A DNA stretch of 64,000 nt from a bacterium (GTDB lineage: Bacteria > Krumholzibacteriota > Krumholzibacteriia > LZORAL124-64-63). The translations under genes were made by a program, and so were the position numbers. Shown piece by piece: positions 21,805 through 32,051 of this stretch. The number at the start of each line of letters is the position of its first letter. Within the stretch, counting starts at the first letter, position 1. The notes under the pieces were generated by a model that did not search any database, had not been told where the DNA came from, and saw only the letters and a program-made list of their open reading frames with translations. The stretch is from assembly GCA_016706845.1 (NCBI GenBank), contig JADJIV010000002.1:102307-166306 (forward strand). Reading direction: 5' to 3'.

Positions 21805-23405
21805 GCCGGCCTCCGGCGTCCGGCGAGCGCGCGTGCGACCAGCACGCCCAGGGTCCACAGACCCAGGACCGTCGCCAGCGGCGCGTGCCCGAGGCGGACG
21901 AAGGGGGTGGTCGTGTCGACGGGCGCGACGTCGGCCGCGACCACGGCCCTGCCGCCGAGTCCGGCGCGGGCCAGCACGGCGCCGTGGCCGTCGGTGATGA
22001 AGCTGACGCCGTTGTTGGCGCAGCGCACCACGGGCAGCCCGGTCTCGGCCGCGCGCAGGCGCGCCATCTCGGCGTGCTGGACGGGTCCGGCGGTCTTCCC
22101 GAACCAGCCGTCGTTGGTGATGTTGACCAGGGCCTGCGCGCCGTCGCGCGCCGCCTGCCGCGCCAGGGAGGGGAAGATCGACTCGTAGCAGATCAGACCC
22201 GCGATGCGCAGCGCGCGCAGGCTGTCGGGCGCCACGGTCATCGGCTGCGGCGGCAGGCCCGGCGTCCACTCGGCCTGGCCCAGGTCCAGCCTGCCCAGCC
22301 ACGGCAGCCAGCGCTGGAAGGGCATGCGCTCCCCGAAGGGCAGCAGGTGGTGCTTCGCGTAGCGGTCGATCAGCTGCCCGTCCGGATCGAACAGGCCCGA
22401 GCCGTTGAAACGCTCCTGGCGGTTGTCCGGGCCCAGGGTGGCTTCGGGATAACCGGTGTACAGGAAGACGTCGTTGGTGTCGGCCACGGCGCGGACCCAG
22501 GCCAGCAGGCGCCGGTCCTGCAGCAGGTAGGCCGGGATGGCGGTCTCGGCCCAGACCACCAGCTCGGCGCCGCCGCGCGCCGCCTCGGCGGTGAGTTCCG
22601 TGTAGGGCTCGGTCGTGGACGCGGCGGTCGCGTCGAACCACTTGTCGTGCAGCGACACGTCGGCCTGCACGGCGGCGACGCGCAGCGGCGTCGAGCGGCC
22701 CACCGCCGGCACGCCGCGCGCGCCCAGGCCCAGAGCCAGCCAGGCGGCGCCGGCGGCGATCGACAGCGCGAATGTCGCGCCCCGCGGCCGCGAACCGCGT
22801 CCGGTCGCCAGGGCCGTCAGGGCGGCGGCGGTCAGCGCCGTGACCGCGCCCAGGCCCAGTTCGCCGGACGTCGCGGCCAGGGGGTACAGGGGGGTCTGCA
22901 GCCAGGCCGCGCCGCTGAGGCACCAGGGGAACCCCAGTTCCCCGACCGTCCGCAGCGCCTCCATCGCGGTCCACAGCGGCGGCGCGAGCAGCAGCAGCCC
23001 CGTCCCGCCGAACCGGCGGCGGACGAGCCCGGCGAGCCAGCCGAACAGCAGGTAGTAGCACGCGGCGTACAGGATCGCCGCGATCGCGGCGGCGGGGATC
23101 AGCCAGCGCGAGCTGATCGTGGCGTCGGGTCCGAGCAGGAACAGCCAGTGCAGCAGGGTGGCCTGATGGGCCACGCCGAACCACCAGCCGACGCGGGCCG
23201 GGGACGGCGCGGCGCGCAGCGCGCCGAAGAGCAGCGCCAGGGCGGGCACGAAGACCCAGCCGGTGCCGCGCAGGGGGGGCATCGCGAGCGTGGCCAGCGC
23301 GCCCGCGCCGAGCGCGACGAGCGTCGACGGCGCCGGCCGGCGTCGCGGTCCGGACCCGGGAGCCGGGACGGCGAAGGGCGCGAGGATGCGTCGTGGGAAG
23401 GACAT
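21801..23405 (-). CDS. lnt: Apolipoprotein N-acyltransferase
   Basis: 534 aa within ORF 21801..24584. It has a polytopic N-terminal domain and a nitrilase-like domain with catalytic LICYESIFP. Confidence 0.9.
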   Translation of the reverse strand: MSFPRRILAPFAVPAPGSGPRRRPAPSTLVALGAGALATLAMPPLRGTGWVFVPALALLFGALRAAPSPARVGWWFGVAHQATLLHWLFLLGPDATISSRWLIPAAAIAAILYAACYYLLFGWLAGLVRRRFGGTGLLLLAPPLWTAMEALRTVGELGFPWCLSGAAWLQTPLYPLAATSGELGLGAVTALTAAALTALATGRGSRPRGATFALSIAAGAAWLALGLGARGVPAVGRSTPLRVAAVQADVSLHDKWFDATAASTTEPYTELTAEAARGGAELVVWAETAIPAYLLQDRRLLAWVRAVADTNDVFLYTGYPEATLGPDNRQERFNGSGLFDPDGQLIDRYAKHHLLPFGERMPFQRWLPWLGRLDLGQAEWTPGLPPQPMTVAPDSLRALRIAGLICYESIFPSLARQAARDGAQALVNITNDGWFGKTAGPVQHAEMARLRAAETGLPVVRCANNGVSFITDGHGAVLARAGLGGRAVVAADVAPVDTTTPFVRLGHAPLATVLGLWTLGVLVARALAGRRRPA

Positions 23406-23422
23406 GGCGGTACCATAGCCAC

Positions 23423-24934
23423 TCACCCCGCCGCGTGCAACAAGTCGCCCATGCCGTAGCGCCGGATCTTCTTGTAGAGGCCCTGCCGCGAGAGACCGAG
23501 CCGGCGGGCGGCCGTCGACTTGCGCCCGTCGCAGGCGCTGATCGCCTTGCGGATGAGGTAACGTTCGAGCAGTTCGGTCGCCTCGTCCATGGGCCGCAGC
23601 GTCGCCAGGTCGGCGGGATCGACCGACCGGCCGGCGGCCTGGCGGATCTCGGCCGAGAGCTGGTCCAGTTCGATCACCTCCGCGCCGGGATGCAGGGCCA
23701 GCCAGCGCTGCGCCTCGTTCTCCAGCTCGCGCACGTTGCCGGGCCAGCGGTAGGCCTGCAGGGCGGCCAGCGCGTCCGGCGCCACCGCCACGCGCGCCGC
23801 CTCGGCGCCGCGGCGCTGCAGCATGTGCGCCAGCAGATGGGTGATGTCCTCGGGACGGTGGCGCAGCGGCGGGATCGCGATCTGCACCACCTTCAGCCGG
23901 AAGTAGAGGTCCAGGCGGAACCGCCCGGCCTCGATCTCCCCGGCGAGGTCCTTGTGGCTGGCGGCGACGAAGCGCACGTCGACCGCCCGGCTGCGCAGCT
24001 CGCCGAGCCGGCGCAGCTTGCGCTCCTGCATCACGCGCAGGAGTTTTATCTGCAGGGCCAGCGGCATGTCCCCGATCTCGTCCAGGAAGAACGTGCCGCC
24101 GTCGGCCGCCTCGAGCAGTCCGCTCTTCTCCTTGCCGGCGCCGGTGAAGGCCCCGGCCTGGTGGCCGAACAGTTCGCTCTCGAAGAGCGTTTCGGGCAGG
24201 GCGGCACAGTTGACGCCTACGAATCCGCGCGCGCGGCGCGGGCCCAGCCGGTGCACCGCGCGGGCGAGGATCTCCTTGCCCGTCCCGCTCTCCCCGTGCA
24301 GCAGCACGTTGACGTTGCTCGCGGCCACGGCCTGCACGGCGCGGCAGCACTCGGCGATCTCGCGCGAGACGCCCACCACGTCGGGGATCCCGGGCACCGC
24401 CGCCGGACGCGGCAGCGCGACCGCCCCTCCCGCCGGTGCGCAGCCCGCACTGCGGGCACCGGCCGCGGCCGGCCATTCGAAGAGCGACGGTTGCCGGCGC
24501 GCGTCGGCGAGCGGTCCGCCGCAGCCGGGCGCCGGCTCGAGGTTCCCCAGGACCGGGCCGAGGCGCGCCGCCAGGCGGCGGCACCAGTCCCGGACCGCAT
24601 CCAGCCAGGGTTCCTCGTCGGCGCAGGCCAGGGCCAGCGCGCCCGCCGGACCGGCGGCGCCCGGCACCGGCAGAGTTTCCATCTGCCAGGCCCGCTCACC
24701 GTCGCGCCAACTCCTGGCCGCCGGCTCGCCGTCGACGGCCGCGCGCCAGAGCAGGCCCAGCGGCAGCGTCGGCGGCGCCGTCTGCGACCGCTCAGGCTGC
24801 CAGCCGTGCTGCAGCATCAGCGTGAGGGCCCCGTCGCCGTGCGCTCCGCCCCTGACGACCCAGACCCTGCTGCCGGACCCGCCGTGAGGAAACCCACGGA
24901 GTTCCTCATCCCAGAACGTCTGCATCACATCCAT
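23423..24934 (-). CDS. Sigma-54-dependent transcriptional activator (bEBP) with a non-receiver N-terminal domain
   Basis: ORF of 503 aa. The AAA+ core has GESGTGKE, the GAFTGA loop and ESELFGH. The C-terminal Fis-type HTH is [23 protein letters not shown]. The first ~190 aa lack receiver-domain motifs. Confidence 0.9.
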   Translation of the reverse strand: MDVMQTFWDEELRGFPHGGSGSRVWVVRGGAHGDGALTLMLQHGWQPERSQTAPPTLPLGLLWRAAVDGEPAARSWRDGERAWQMETLPVPGAAGPAGALALACADEEPWLDAVRDWCRRLAARLGPVLGNLEPAPGCGGPLADARRQPSLFEWPAAAGARSAGCAPAGGAVALPRPAAVPGIPDVVGVSREIAECCRAVQAVAASNVNVLLHGESGTGKEILARAVHRLGPRRARGFVGVNCAALPETLFESELFGHQAGAFTGAGKEKSGLLEAADGGTFFLDEIGDMPLALQIKLLRVMQERKLRRLGELRSRAVDVRFVAASHKDLAGEIEAGRFRLDLYFRLKVVQIAIPPLRHRPEDITHLLAHMLQRRGAEAARVAVAPDALAALQAYRWPGNVRELENEAQRWLALHPGAEVIELDQLSAEIRQAAGRSVDPADLATLRPMDEATELLERYLIRKAISACDGRKSTAARRLGLSRQGLYKKIRRYGMGDLLHAAG

Positions 24935-25178
24935 GATCCACCTCCACGCACGTTGATGCAGGCGGCGGTCCGCGGCCCGGCTCTTTCCACATGATCGTGG
25001 ATCTGGTTTGATCCGAGAAGATTACTCGATTGTCATCGCGCCCGACGCGAAGGCCCGATCCGGCCGGGCGCGCCCGCGGAAGCGTTCGCGCCGCAACCGC
25101 AGCGGTGAACGGCGCTCAAGAGGTCGCGCCTGGTCGAGTTGGGTGACTGGAACCGTGGCGGGACACGCCGGCAGGGAG

Positions 25179-26189
25179 CTACAGCAGGACTTCGACCTTG
25201 TGGGGACCGTTCACGACCTCGCCAATGGGCAGCGCGCCGATCGCGGCCGGGACGGCGGGGTCGGCGTCGGCCGCCAGCACGCACACCATCCCGATGCCCA
25301 TGTTGAAGACCCGGTACATCTCCGGCGCCGCCACCTCCCCGGCCCGCTGCAGGAGGCGGAACAGGGGCGGCACGGGCCAGGCCGCGGTCTCGATGCGGCA
25401 GCAGAGCCCTTCGGGCACGATCCGCGGCACGTTGTCGTAGAAGCCGCCGCCGGTGATGTGGGCCAGGCCGTGGACGGCGGGCCGGCCCAGGTCCCGCCAC
25501 AGCGCGCGCACGTGCGGCAGGTAGCTGCGGTGGACGGCCAGCAGCAGGTCGGCGGCCGTGCCCCCGCAGCCCGGCAGTTCGTCGCCGGGCGCGTAGCCCG
25601 CCGTCTCGAACAGGATGCGGCGGGCCAGCGAGTAGCCGTTGGTATGCAGCCCCGTGCTGGGCAGACCCCACAGGCGGTCCCCCGCGCGGATGGCCGAGCC
25701 GTCGATGAGGTCCTCTTCGCGTACGCGCCCGACGATGCAACCGGCCAGATCGAAGTCGCCGTCGCCGTAGACGCCGGGCATCTCCGCCGTCTCGCCGCCG
25801 AGCAACGCGCAGCCGTTTTCGCGGCAGGCCCGGGCGAAGCCGTCGAGCACCTGCTCGAGCACGCCCTCGCGCAGTTTGCCGGTGGCGAAGTAGTCGAGGA
25901 AGAACAGGGGCTCGGCGCCCTGGACCAGGATGTCGTCCACGCAGTGGTTGACCAGGTCCTGGCCGACGGTGCCGTAGCGGCCGGTCTGCGCGGCGATCGT
26001 CACCTTGGTGCCGACGCCGTCGACGCTGGCGACCAGCAGCGGCTCGCCCGGCGCAGCGCGGTACAGGCCCCCGAAGGCGCCGATGTCGCTGCGCACGCGC
26101 TCGTCCCAGGTTGACCGGATGGCCTGCTTGGCCCCGGCGAGCGCCCGCGCGGCGGCGTCGATGTCGACGCCGCTATCGCTGTACTTCAT
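25179..26189 (-). CDS. purM: Phosphoribosylformylglycinamidine cyclo-ligase (AIR synthetase)
   Basis: ORF of 336 aa beginning MKYSDSGVDIDAA, with DGVGTK and GGETAEMPG motifs. Confidence 0.95.
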   Translation of the reverse strand: MKYSDSGVDIDAAARALAGAKQAIRSTWDERVRSDIGAFGGLYRAAPGEPLLVASVDGVGTKVTIAAQTGRYGTVGQDLVNHCVDDILVQGAEPLFFLDYFATGKLREGVLEQVLDGFARACRENGCALLGGETAEMPGVYGDGDFDLAGCIVGRVREEDLIDGSAIRAGDRLWGLPSTGLHTNGYSLARRILFETAGYAPGDELPGCGGTAADLLLAVHRSYLPHVRALWRDLGRPAVHGLAHITGGGFYDNVPRIVPEGLCCRIETAAWPVPPLFRLLQRAGEVAAPEMYRVFNMGIGMVCVLAADADPAVPAAIGALPIGEVVNGPHKVEVLL

Positions 26190-27606
26190 GGACGGGATCT
26201 TCCTTGGTCGGGGTGGGCACCGCCCGCAACGGCGGCTCGCCGACGCGCTGGATCTGGCGGATGACCTTCTCCACCGCGGAATCGGGGATGATGTCGAACT
26301 CGCCGCGGCGGTGCAGGGCGAGCACGGTGTCGACCACCGCGGAGTTGAACTGGGTGCTGCGGTGCATGACCAGTTCCTCGAGCGCCCGCTCCACGGGCAG
26401 GGCCTTGCGGTAGGAACGGTCGCTGGTCATGGCGTCGAAGGCGTCGCAGATGTTCATGATGCCGGCGCCCAGCGAAATCTCGTCCCCCTTGAGGCCGTCG
26501 GGGTAGCCCTTGCCGTCGGGACGCTCGTGGTGGTGGCGCACGAGGTCGACGGTCTCGGGCAGGAACTTGATCTGCTCGACGATGCGGGCGCCGATGGCGG
26601 GGTGCTCGGCCAGGGTCGCGAATTCCTCGTCGGTGAGACGGCCGGGCTTGCAGATGATGTCGTTGGTGATCGCGATCTTGCCGATGTCGTGCAGCAGTCC
26701 GCCGTACTCCAGGACCTCGAGGTTGCGCGGCGACATGCCCATCGCGCGGCCGATGGTCACCGCGTACTGGCTGACGCGGTAGCTGTGGCCGTGGGTGTAG
26801 GGCTCGTCGGCCTCGAGCGTGGTGGCCAGCACGGCGATCGACGCCATGTGGGCTTCCTTCTGCTGCTTGTGCGCGCGGCCGAGCGAGAAGATGACCCAGA
26901 TGATCGGCACGAAGATCATCAGCGTCCAGGGGCCGGCCTGCTGGAACAGCAGGATGACGATGGCGGTGAACGGCAGCTCCATCAGCCCCGCCAGCACGCC
27001 CCAGCGGATGTCGCGGTGCCAGATCTCGCGGGCGGGCTGGCCCGTGTCGAGGCTCATGATCCCCGTCACGATCAGGCTGTTGACCAGCGAGTAGGTCAGC
27101 AGCGCCACGGCCAGCGGCAGCAGGAACAGCGGCGTGGTGAACCGGTCGTGGAAGGGCAGGGCGTGGTAGATCAGCCCGGCGATGCCGTCCGCGAGGGTCA
27201 GCATGGCGATGTTGAAGAACATCTTGCGGGGCGGCGAGCGGCGCAGCAGCAGGCCGCGGACCAGCGAGGTGCCGGTGTCCATCGCCACGGCGACCAGGGG
27301 GCCGAACAGCACCAGCACCGACAGGGCGAGGGTGCGCGAGGAGAGGATCTTGCCGCCGTCGCGGGCCTGGGACTCCGACAGCTTGGTGTCGGCCAGCAGC
27401 AGGATCAGGAAGTAGAAACTCCAGCCGAGCCAGTCCTGGCTCTCGGGGCGGCGGGCGATGACGAGGAAGCCGACCAGTACGATGCTGGCCGCGATCACGG
27501 CCGCGTAATAGGCGTTGAACAGCCGGTGGCTGCGATCGGGTCTCGCGTGGCGCAAGGTGTGGGATCCTTGGCTCGGGAAACGCCCCTGCGGGCGGCGACT
27601 CCTCAC
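26173..27606 (-). CDS. Membrane-anchored HD-GYP domain protein (putative c-di-GMP phosphodiesterase)
   Basis: ORF of 477 aa. The N-terminal ~230 aa is multi-TM. This is followed by HGHSYRVSQY, LLHDIGKIAI and HHERPDGKGYP. The start codon choice (GTG at 27606) is uncertain. Confidence 0.85.
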   Translation of the reverse strand: MRSRRPQGRFPSQGSHTLRHARPDRSHRLFNAYYAAVIAASIVLVGFLVIARRPESQDWLGWSFYFLILLLADTKLSESQARDGGKILSSRTLALSVLVLFGPLVAVAMDTGTSLVRGLLLRRSPPRKMFFNIAMLTLADGIAGLIYHALPFHDRFTTPLFLLPLAVALLTYSLVNSLIVTGIMSLDTGQPAREIWHRDIRWGVLAGLMELPFTAIVILLFQQAGPWTLMIFVPIIWVIFSLGRAHKQQKEAHMASIAVLATTLEADEPYTHGHSYRVSQYAVTIGRAMGMSPRNLEVLEYGGLLHDIGKIAITNDIICKPGRLTDEEFATLAEHPAIGARIVEQIKFLPETVDLVRHHHERPDGKGYPDGLKGDEISLGAGIMNICDAFDAMTSDRSYRKALPVERALEELVMHRSTQFNSAVVDTVLALHRRGEFDIIPDSAVEKVIRQIQRVGEPPLRAVPTPTKEDPVHEVQR

Positions 27607-27707
27607 ACAAGATAGAAGGTTCGGCTACAGAAGTGAAGTTCTTGAGTGAAATGCGGGACCGGCGCCGGGGTGGTCAGGAAACTACCACTCCCACCGATAG
27701 AACAGCT

Positions 27708-28757
27708 TCAGAATGAAGTCGAGCATGATGTCACCTCCAGATGTCGGACAAAGGGGTTGTCCATGCGACAAGAGGCGGCTCCGCTCTTTTCACTCCGATC
27801 CGCTCCGCTCGCTCCTAAGGCGCCGGCCCCGCAAGCGGCCGGTTCCGAGGTCAGACGGAGGGTCTGCCCCCCTTCCCTGAAGTTCATGAGGTCCAGGCGC
27901 CGGTTCAGGGCGTCCAGGACGGCGTAGACGGCCGCCTGGTGCGGCCCGTGGCGCTGAGAACAGCTGCCGAAGAAGCGCTCGCTGCGGCGGCCTTCGACCA
28001 GGTCCACCGCGACCAGGGTCAGCCGCTCGCCGGCCATCTCGGTCTCGCGCAGGTCCGCCAGGCTCAGGGTCGCCGGCTCGTCCAGCAGGTCGGCCAGGGC
28101 GCGGACCGCGGCGCGGCCCACCAGCAGCTGGTCGGTCCCCGGGTGGTTCGGCCCCGCTTCCTGGATCCTGGCGACGGTGCCGCCGCGCACCAGTTCGACC
28201 GTGGCGGTCAGGGTCGCGCCGGCGGTCATCACGCCGACGCCCGCGCACTCCACGCGCGGCGCGATGGCCTCCTCGACCAGAACGGCGGGGCGCGCTGTGA
28301 TCTGCGCGGGCACGACGTGGGGTTTGGGGATCTCGGGGATGCGCAGCGGCGGCGGCGCCGCCGGTTCGGCGGCAACGGGCGGCGCGGTCCCGGCATCGAC
28401 GGGCGCGGCAGGTGCGGGTGCGGGCGCGGGCGCGGGTGCGGCGGCGACGGCCGCGGGCGCAACGGCGACCGGCGCGGTTTCGTCGGGCTCGATGATCTGC
28501 ACGACGCCGATCTTCTTGTAGTAGACGTCCAGGTCCAGGCGGGCCTTCAGCAGGCTCTCGACGTCGCGCACCACGTGGCGCGGCTCGCGCTCGGCCGACG
28601 CGATGACGTGGATGCCGGCGACCTTGCCCAGCTCGTCGATGTCGATCTTGCACTGCCGGATGCCCTGGATCTGGCAGATCCAGCGCTCGGCGTCCTTGAC
28701 CCACTCGAGATCGTCGTTGCGGGGTTCTTCCAAGGCGGGACCCTCCATCTCGACCAC
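27708..28757 (-). CDS. Hypothetical protein: two globular regions joined by an Ala/Pro-rich linker
   Basis: ORF of 349 aa (an ATG alternative lies at 28748). The coding-like N-domain is ...IQGIRQCKIDIDELGKVAGIHVIASAEREPRHVVRDVESLLKARLDLDVYYKKIGVVQI. This is followed by a ~70-aa AP-rich stretch and then a second domain. I do not recognise the family. Confidence 0.5.
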   Translation of the reverse strand: MVEMEGPALEEPRNDDLEWVKDAERWICQIQGIRQCKIDIDELGKVAGIHVIASAEREPRHVVRDVESLLKARLDLDVYYKKIGVVQIIEPDETAPVAVAPAAVAAAPAPAPAPAPAAPVDAGTAPPVAAEPAAPPPLRIPEIPKPHVVPAQITARPAVLVEEAIAPRVECAGVGVMTAGATLTATVELVRGGTVARIQEAGPNHPGTDQLLVGRAAVRALADLLDEPATLSLADLRETEMAGERLTLVAVDLVEGRRSERFFGSCSQRHGPHQAAVYAVLDALNRRLDLMNFREGGQTLRLTSEPAACGAGALGASGADRSEKSGAASCRMDNPFVRHLEVTSCSTSF

Positions 28758-28787
28758 GAGCCTGACGCCGGGTGATCCATCAGCGGA

Positions 28788-28816
28788 ATCCTAACAGAAC
28801 ACTTCGGACCTCTCAA
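28788..28816 (-). promoter_or_regulatory. Sigma-70-like promoter candidate for the hypothetical gene
   Basis: On the minus strand: TTGAGA, a 17-nt spacer, then TAGGAT. It sits in a locally AT-richer gap. Confidence 0.3.
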
Positions 28817-28894
28817 GGAACGATCGCATTCGACGTAAAAAAAGAGGCTAAGAGGTGCATTGGGCCGGTCGGGATGTCCGGGACACCAGCGGGA

Positions 28895-29802
28895 TCAGGG
28901 GGTCATCATGACGGCGAGGGTCGCCAGCCGCCGCTCGTATTCCGCCTCGTCGAGGGCCAGCACGCCGTCCACGCTGAAGGCCTCGGGGCAGGCGGACGCC
29001 ACCGCCGTGCCGGCGAGCATGGCCCGGCGGAAGACGCCGTCGTCGTCGTCGCGCGTCGCGCCCGCCGCGGCGAGGTGCCCCACGAAGCCGCCGGCGAAGC
29101 AGTCCCCCGCGCCGGTCGGATCGACGACCTCGGGCAGCAGCAGCGCGGGCACCGAGAACAGGGAATCGCGCCCGAAGAGCAGGGCGCCGTGCTCGCCTTT
29201 CTTGATCACGACCGCGCCCGGTCCGAGTTCGCGATCGCCGCCGCCGCCGCGGCGAGACTGCGCTGCTCGCTCAGCAGGCGGGCCTCCCCGTCGTTGAGCA
29301 GCACGATGTCGACGCGGGCCAGGACCTCCTGGAGTTCGCGGCGCGTGGTCTTGATCCAGAGATTCATCGTGTCCAGCACGACCAGGCGCGGCGCGGCCAT
29401 CTGGTCCAGCACATCCGCCTGCAGCGCGGGGTGGATGTTGGCGAGGAAGAGGTAGGGCGTCTCCCGCCAGCCCGCCGGCAGCTCCGGCGCGAAGTCCAGG
29501 AACACGCCCAGCTCGGTGGCCAGGGTGTCGCGCTCGATGAGGTCTTCGTGGTAGCGGCCGGCCCAGTGGAAGGTGGGTCCCTCGCGGCGGACGATGCCGG
29601 CGGTGTCCACGCCGCGGGAGCTGAGCAGCGCCAGGTCCGCGGCGCGGAAGTCGTCGCCCACGACGCCCACGGCGCGCACCGGCGCGAAGCGCGCCGCGGC
29701 CAGCGAGAAGTAGCTGGCGCTGCCGCCGAGCTGGCGATCGCGCCGCTCGCGAGGCGTCTCGACGGTGTCGTAGGCGACCGATCCCACCACCAGGATGCTC
29801 AT
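28895..29802 (-). CDS. PfkB-family sugar/nucleoside kinase, with an apparent 1-nt deletion
   Basis: ORF 29206..29802 (MSILVVGSVAYDTVETP...NDGEARLL) and ORF 28895..29209 (KKGEHGALLF...DPTGAGDCFAGGF) are the two halves of one PfkB kinase. The frame switch is near 29226-29230, where the restored reading would be I-A-x-LGPGAVVIKKGEHG. Confidence 0.75.
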
Positions 29803-29803
29803 C

Positions 29804-31545
29804 TCACTCCTTGTCGCCCATCTGCTCGGGCGCTTCGACTCCGATGAGGTCCAGCACGTCCCGCAGGACCTTGCGCGTGGCCAGGCACAGCTGCAGGCGG
29901 ACGCGCGTGAGGTCGCGGTCCTCGCCCACGATGACGCACTGGTGGTAGAACTGGTGGAAGCTGCCGGCGAGGTCGGCGGCGTAAGCCGTCAGCCGGTGCG
30001 GCTCGCGGCTCTCGGCGGCGCCCAGGATCACCTCGGGCAGCCGGACGATCTCGCGCACGAGGTTCCACTCGGCGTCCTGCTGCAGCCCGGCCAGGTCCGC
30101 CTCGACGGGTTCCTGAGCTGCCAGCCGCCCGCCTCGGCCTTGCGCAGCACCGCGCAGATGCGCGCGTGCGCGTACTTCACGTAGTAGACCGGGTTCTCGT
30201 TGGACTGTTCGCGCGCCAGGTCCAGGTCGAAGTCCAGGTGCGAGTTGGGGCGGCGCGTCAGGAAGATGTACTTGGCGACGTCGGTGCCGACGTCGTCGGC
30301 GAGGGCGTCCATGGTGACGAACTGCCCCTCGCGCTTGGACATGTCGACGGGGCGCCCGTTCTCCACGAAGTTGACCTGCTGGAGGATCTGCACCTCGAGC
30401 CAGCCGTCGGGGATGCCGAGCGCCCGCATCGCGCCCTGCATGCGCGGGATGTGGCCGTGGTGGTCGGGGCCCAGGAAGTCGATCGCGTGCTCGAAGCCGC
30501 GCTGGTACTTGTGGAAGTGGTAGGCCACGTCCGCCAGGAAGTAGGTGGGCTCGCCCCCGCTGCGCACCACGACGCGGTCCTTCTCGTCGCCGAAGTCCGT
30601 CGAGCGGAACCAGAGGGCCCCGTCCAGCTCGTACACGGCGCCCGACTTGCGCAGCTGCTCCAGCGCGCGCTCGACGCGCCCCGTCTCGTGCAGCTCCGAC
30701 TCGAAGTACCAGGTGTTGAAGCGCAGCCCGAAGCGCCGGCAGGTCTGGCGCTGCCAGGTCAGGATCTTCATCAGGGCGTACTTCGAGAAGCGCCGGGCCG
30801 ACTCGTCGGGCGGCAGGTCCAGCCAGTCGCGGGCGTCGCCCTCGGGGGCCGTGACGCGCTGGAAGCTCTCGTCGTTGAAGACGCCGGCCTGCTGCTGGAT
30901 CGCCGCGCTGTCGAGTTCCAGCAGCTCCTCGGCCATCCGCGCCACGTACTGGCCCTTGTAGCCGTCCTCGGGGAAGGGCTCGGGGCGGCCGGACAGCTCG
31001 GAGAAGCGCGCGCGCAGGGAGCGTCCCAGCAGGTGGACCTGGCGGCCCGCGTCGTTCACGTAGTACTCCGCGTGGGCGTCGTACCCGATCGCGTTGAGCA
31101 GCCGCACCAGGGTGATCCCGAAGGCGCCGGCGCGCGCCGACACCACGTTCAGGGGGCCCGTCGGGTTGGCGCTGATGAATTCGACGTTGATGCGGCGGCC
31201 GCCGCCGACGCGGATATCCTGGATCGCGCCCTCGCCGCACCACAGGTCCAGCAGCTGGGCGACCTGGTGCCGGCGGCCGATGCGGAAGTTGATGAAGCCG
31301 GGGCCGGCGATCTCGACCGAGGCCACGACGTCCTTGTCGAACTGGAGCTTGGCCGCGAGCTCGCCGGCCAGCTCGCGGGGCTTGCGGCCCAGGCGCTTCG
31401 CGGTGGTCATGGCCACGTTGGTGCTCAGGTCACCGTGCGTCGGGTCGCGCGGCTTCTCCAGCTCGACCACGGCGTCCTCGTCGAAGAGGCCGTACTCCTC
31501 GAGCCGGCGCTGCAGTTCCGTCCTGATGATGTCCTGGATGGTCAC
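29804..31545 (-). CDS. argS: Arginine--tRNA ligase, with an apparent 1-nt deletion
   Basis: The N-terminal ~470 aa are in the frame of ORF 30028..33060 (ISANPTGPLNV..., YYVKYAHARICAVLRKAEA). The C-terminal anticodon-binding part is in the frame of ORF 29804..31243 (...EWNLVREIVRLPEVI...LTAYAADLAGSFHQFY). The switch is at about 30122-30131. The GTG start overlaps the rsfS stop. Confidence 0.9.
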
Positions 31546-32027
31546 GATCCGTCTCCCGTCTGCGACGGCGCCCCGTCCCGCCCCGCGAGACGGACCAGCT
31601 GGAGCTCCGGCCGCCGCTCGCGGACGTCGGCCCGCGCGAAGTAGTCCACGCCCACCTCGAGCCGGGGCGCGTCGTTCCACAGGCGCTCGAGCGCGTAGTA
31701 CTGGCGGGCGCGCGGCTGCAGCACGTGGACGATGACGTCGACGAAGTCGAGCAGCACCCAGTAGTTGCGGTCGCGCCCCTCCCCGTGCAGGAGCTTCTGG
31801 CCTTCGGCCGCCGCCGCCTCGACCACCCCGCGGGCGACGGCGTCGACCTGCTGGTCGCTGCCGCCGGTGACGATCACGAAGTAGTCGGCGACGTCGGAGC
31901 GCCCGGCGAGGTCCAGGATCAGCACGTCCTCGCCCTTCTTGACCAGGGCGGCGTGGGCGGCGGTCTCCGCCAGACGGAAGGCGGGGCCGTCCGCGAAGGG
32001 CGCGGTCTGCTTGACGGTCTTGCTCAT
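31542..32027 (-). CDS. rsfS: Ribosome silencing factor RsfS (iojap family)
   Basis: ORF of 161 aa with ADYFVIVTGGSDQQVDAVA and WVLLDFVDVIVHV...YYALERLW. Confidence 0.85.
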   Translation of the reverse strand: MSKTVKQTAPFADGPAFRLAETAAHAALVKKGEDVLILDLAGRSDVADYFVIVTGGSDQQVDAVARGVVEAAAAEGQKLLHGEGRDRNYWVLLDFVDVIVHVLQPRARQYYALERLWNDAPRLEVGVDYFARADVRERRPELQLVRLAGRDGAPSQTGDGS

Positions 32028-32051
32028 GTTCTTCCCGGTGCTGGTGCGACG

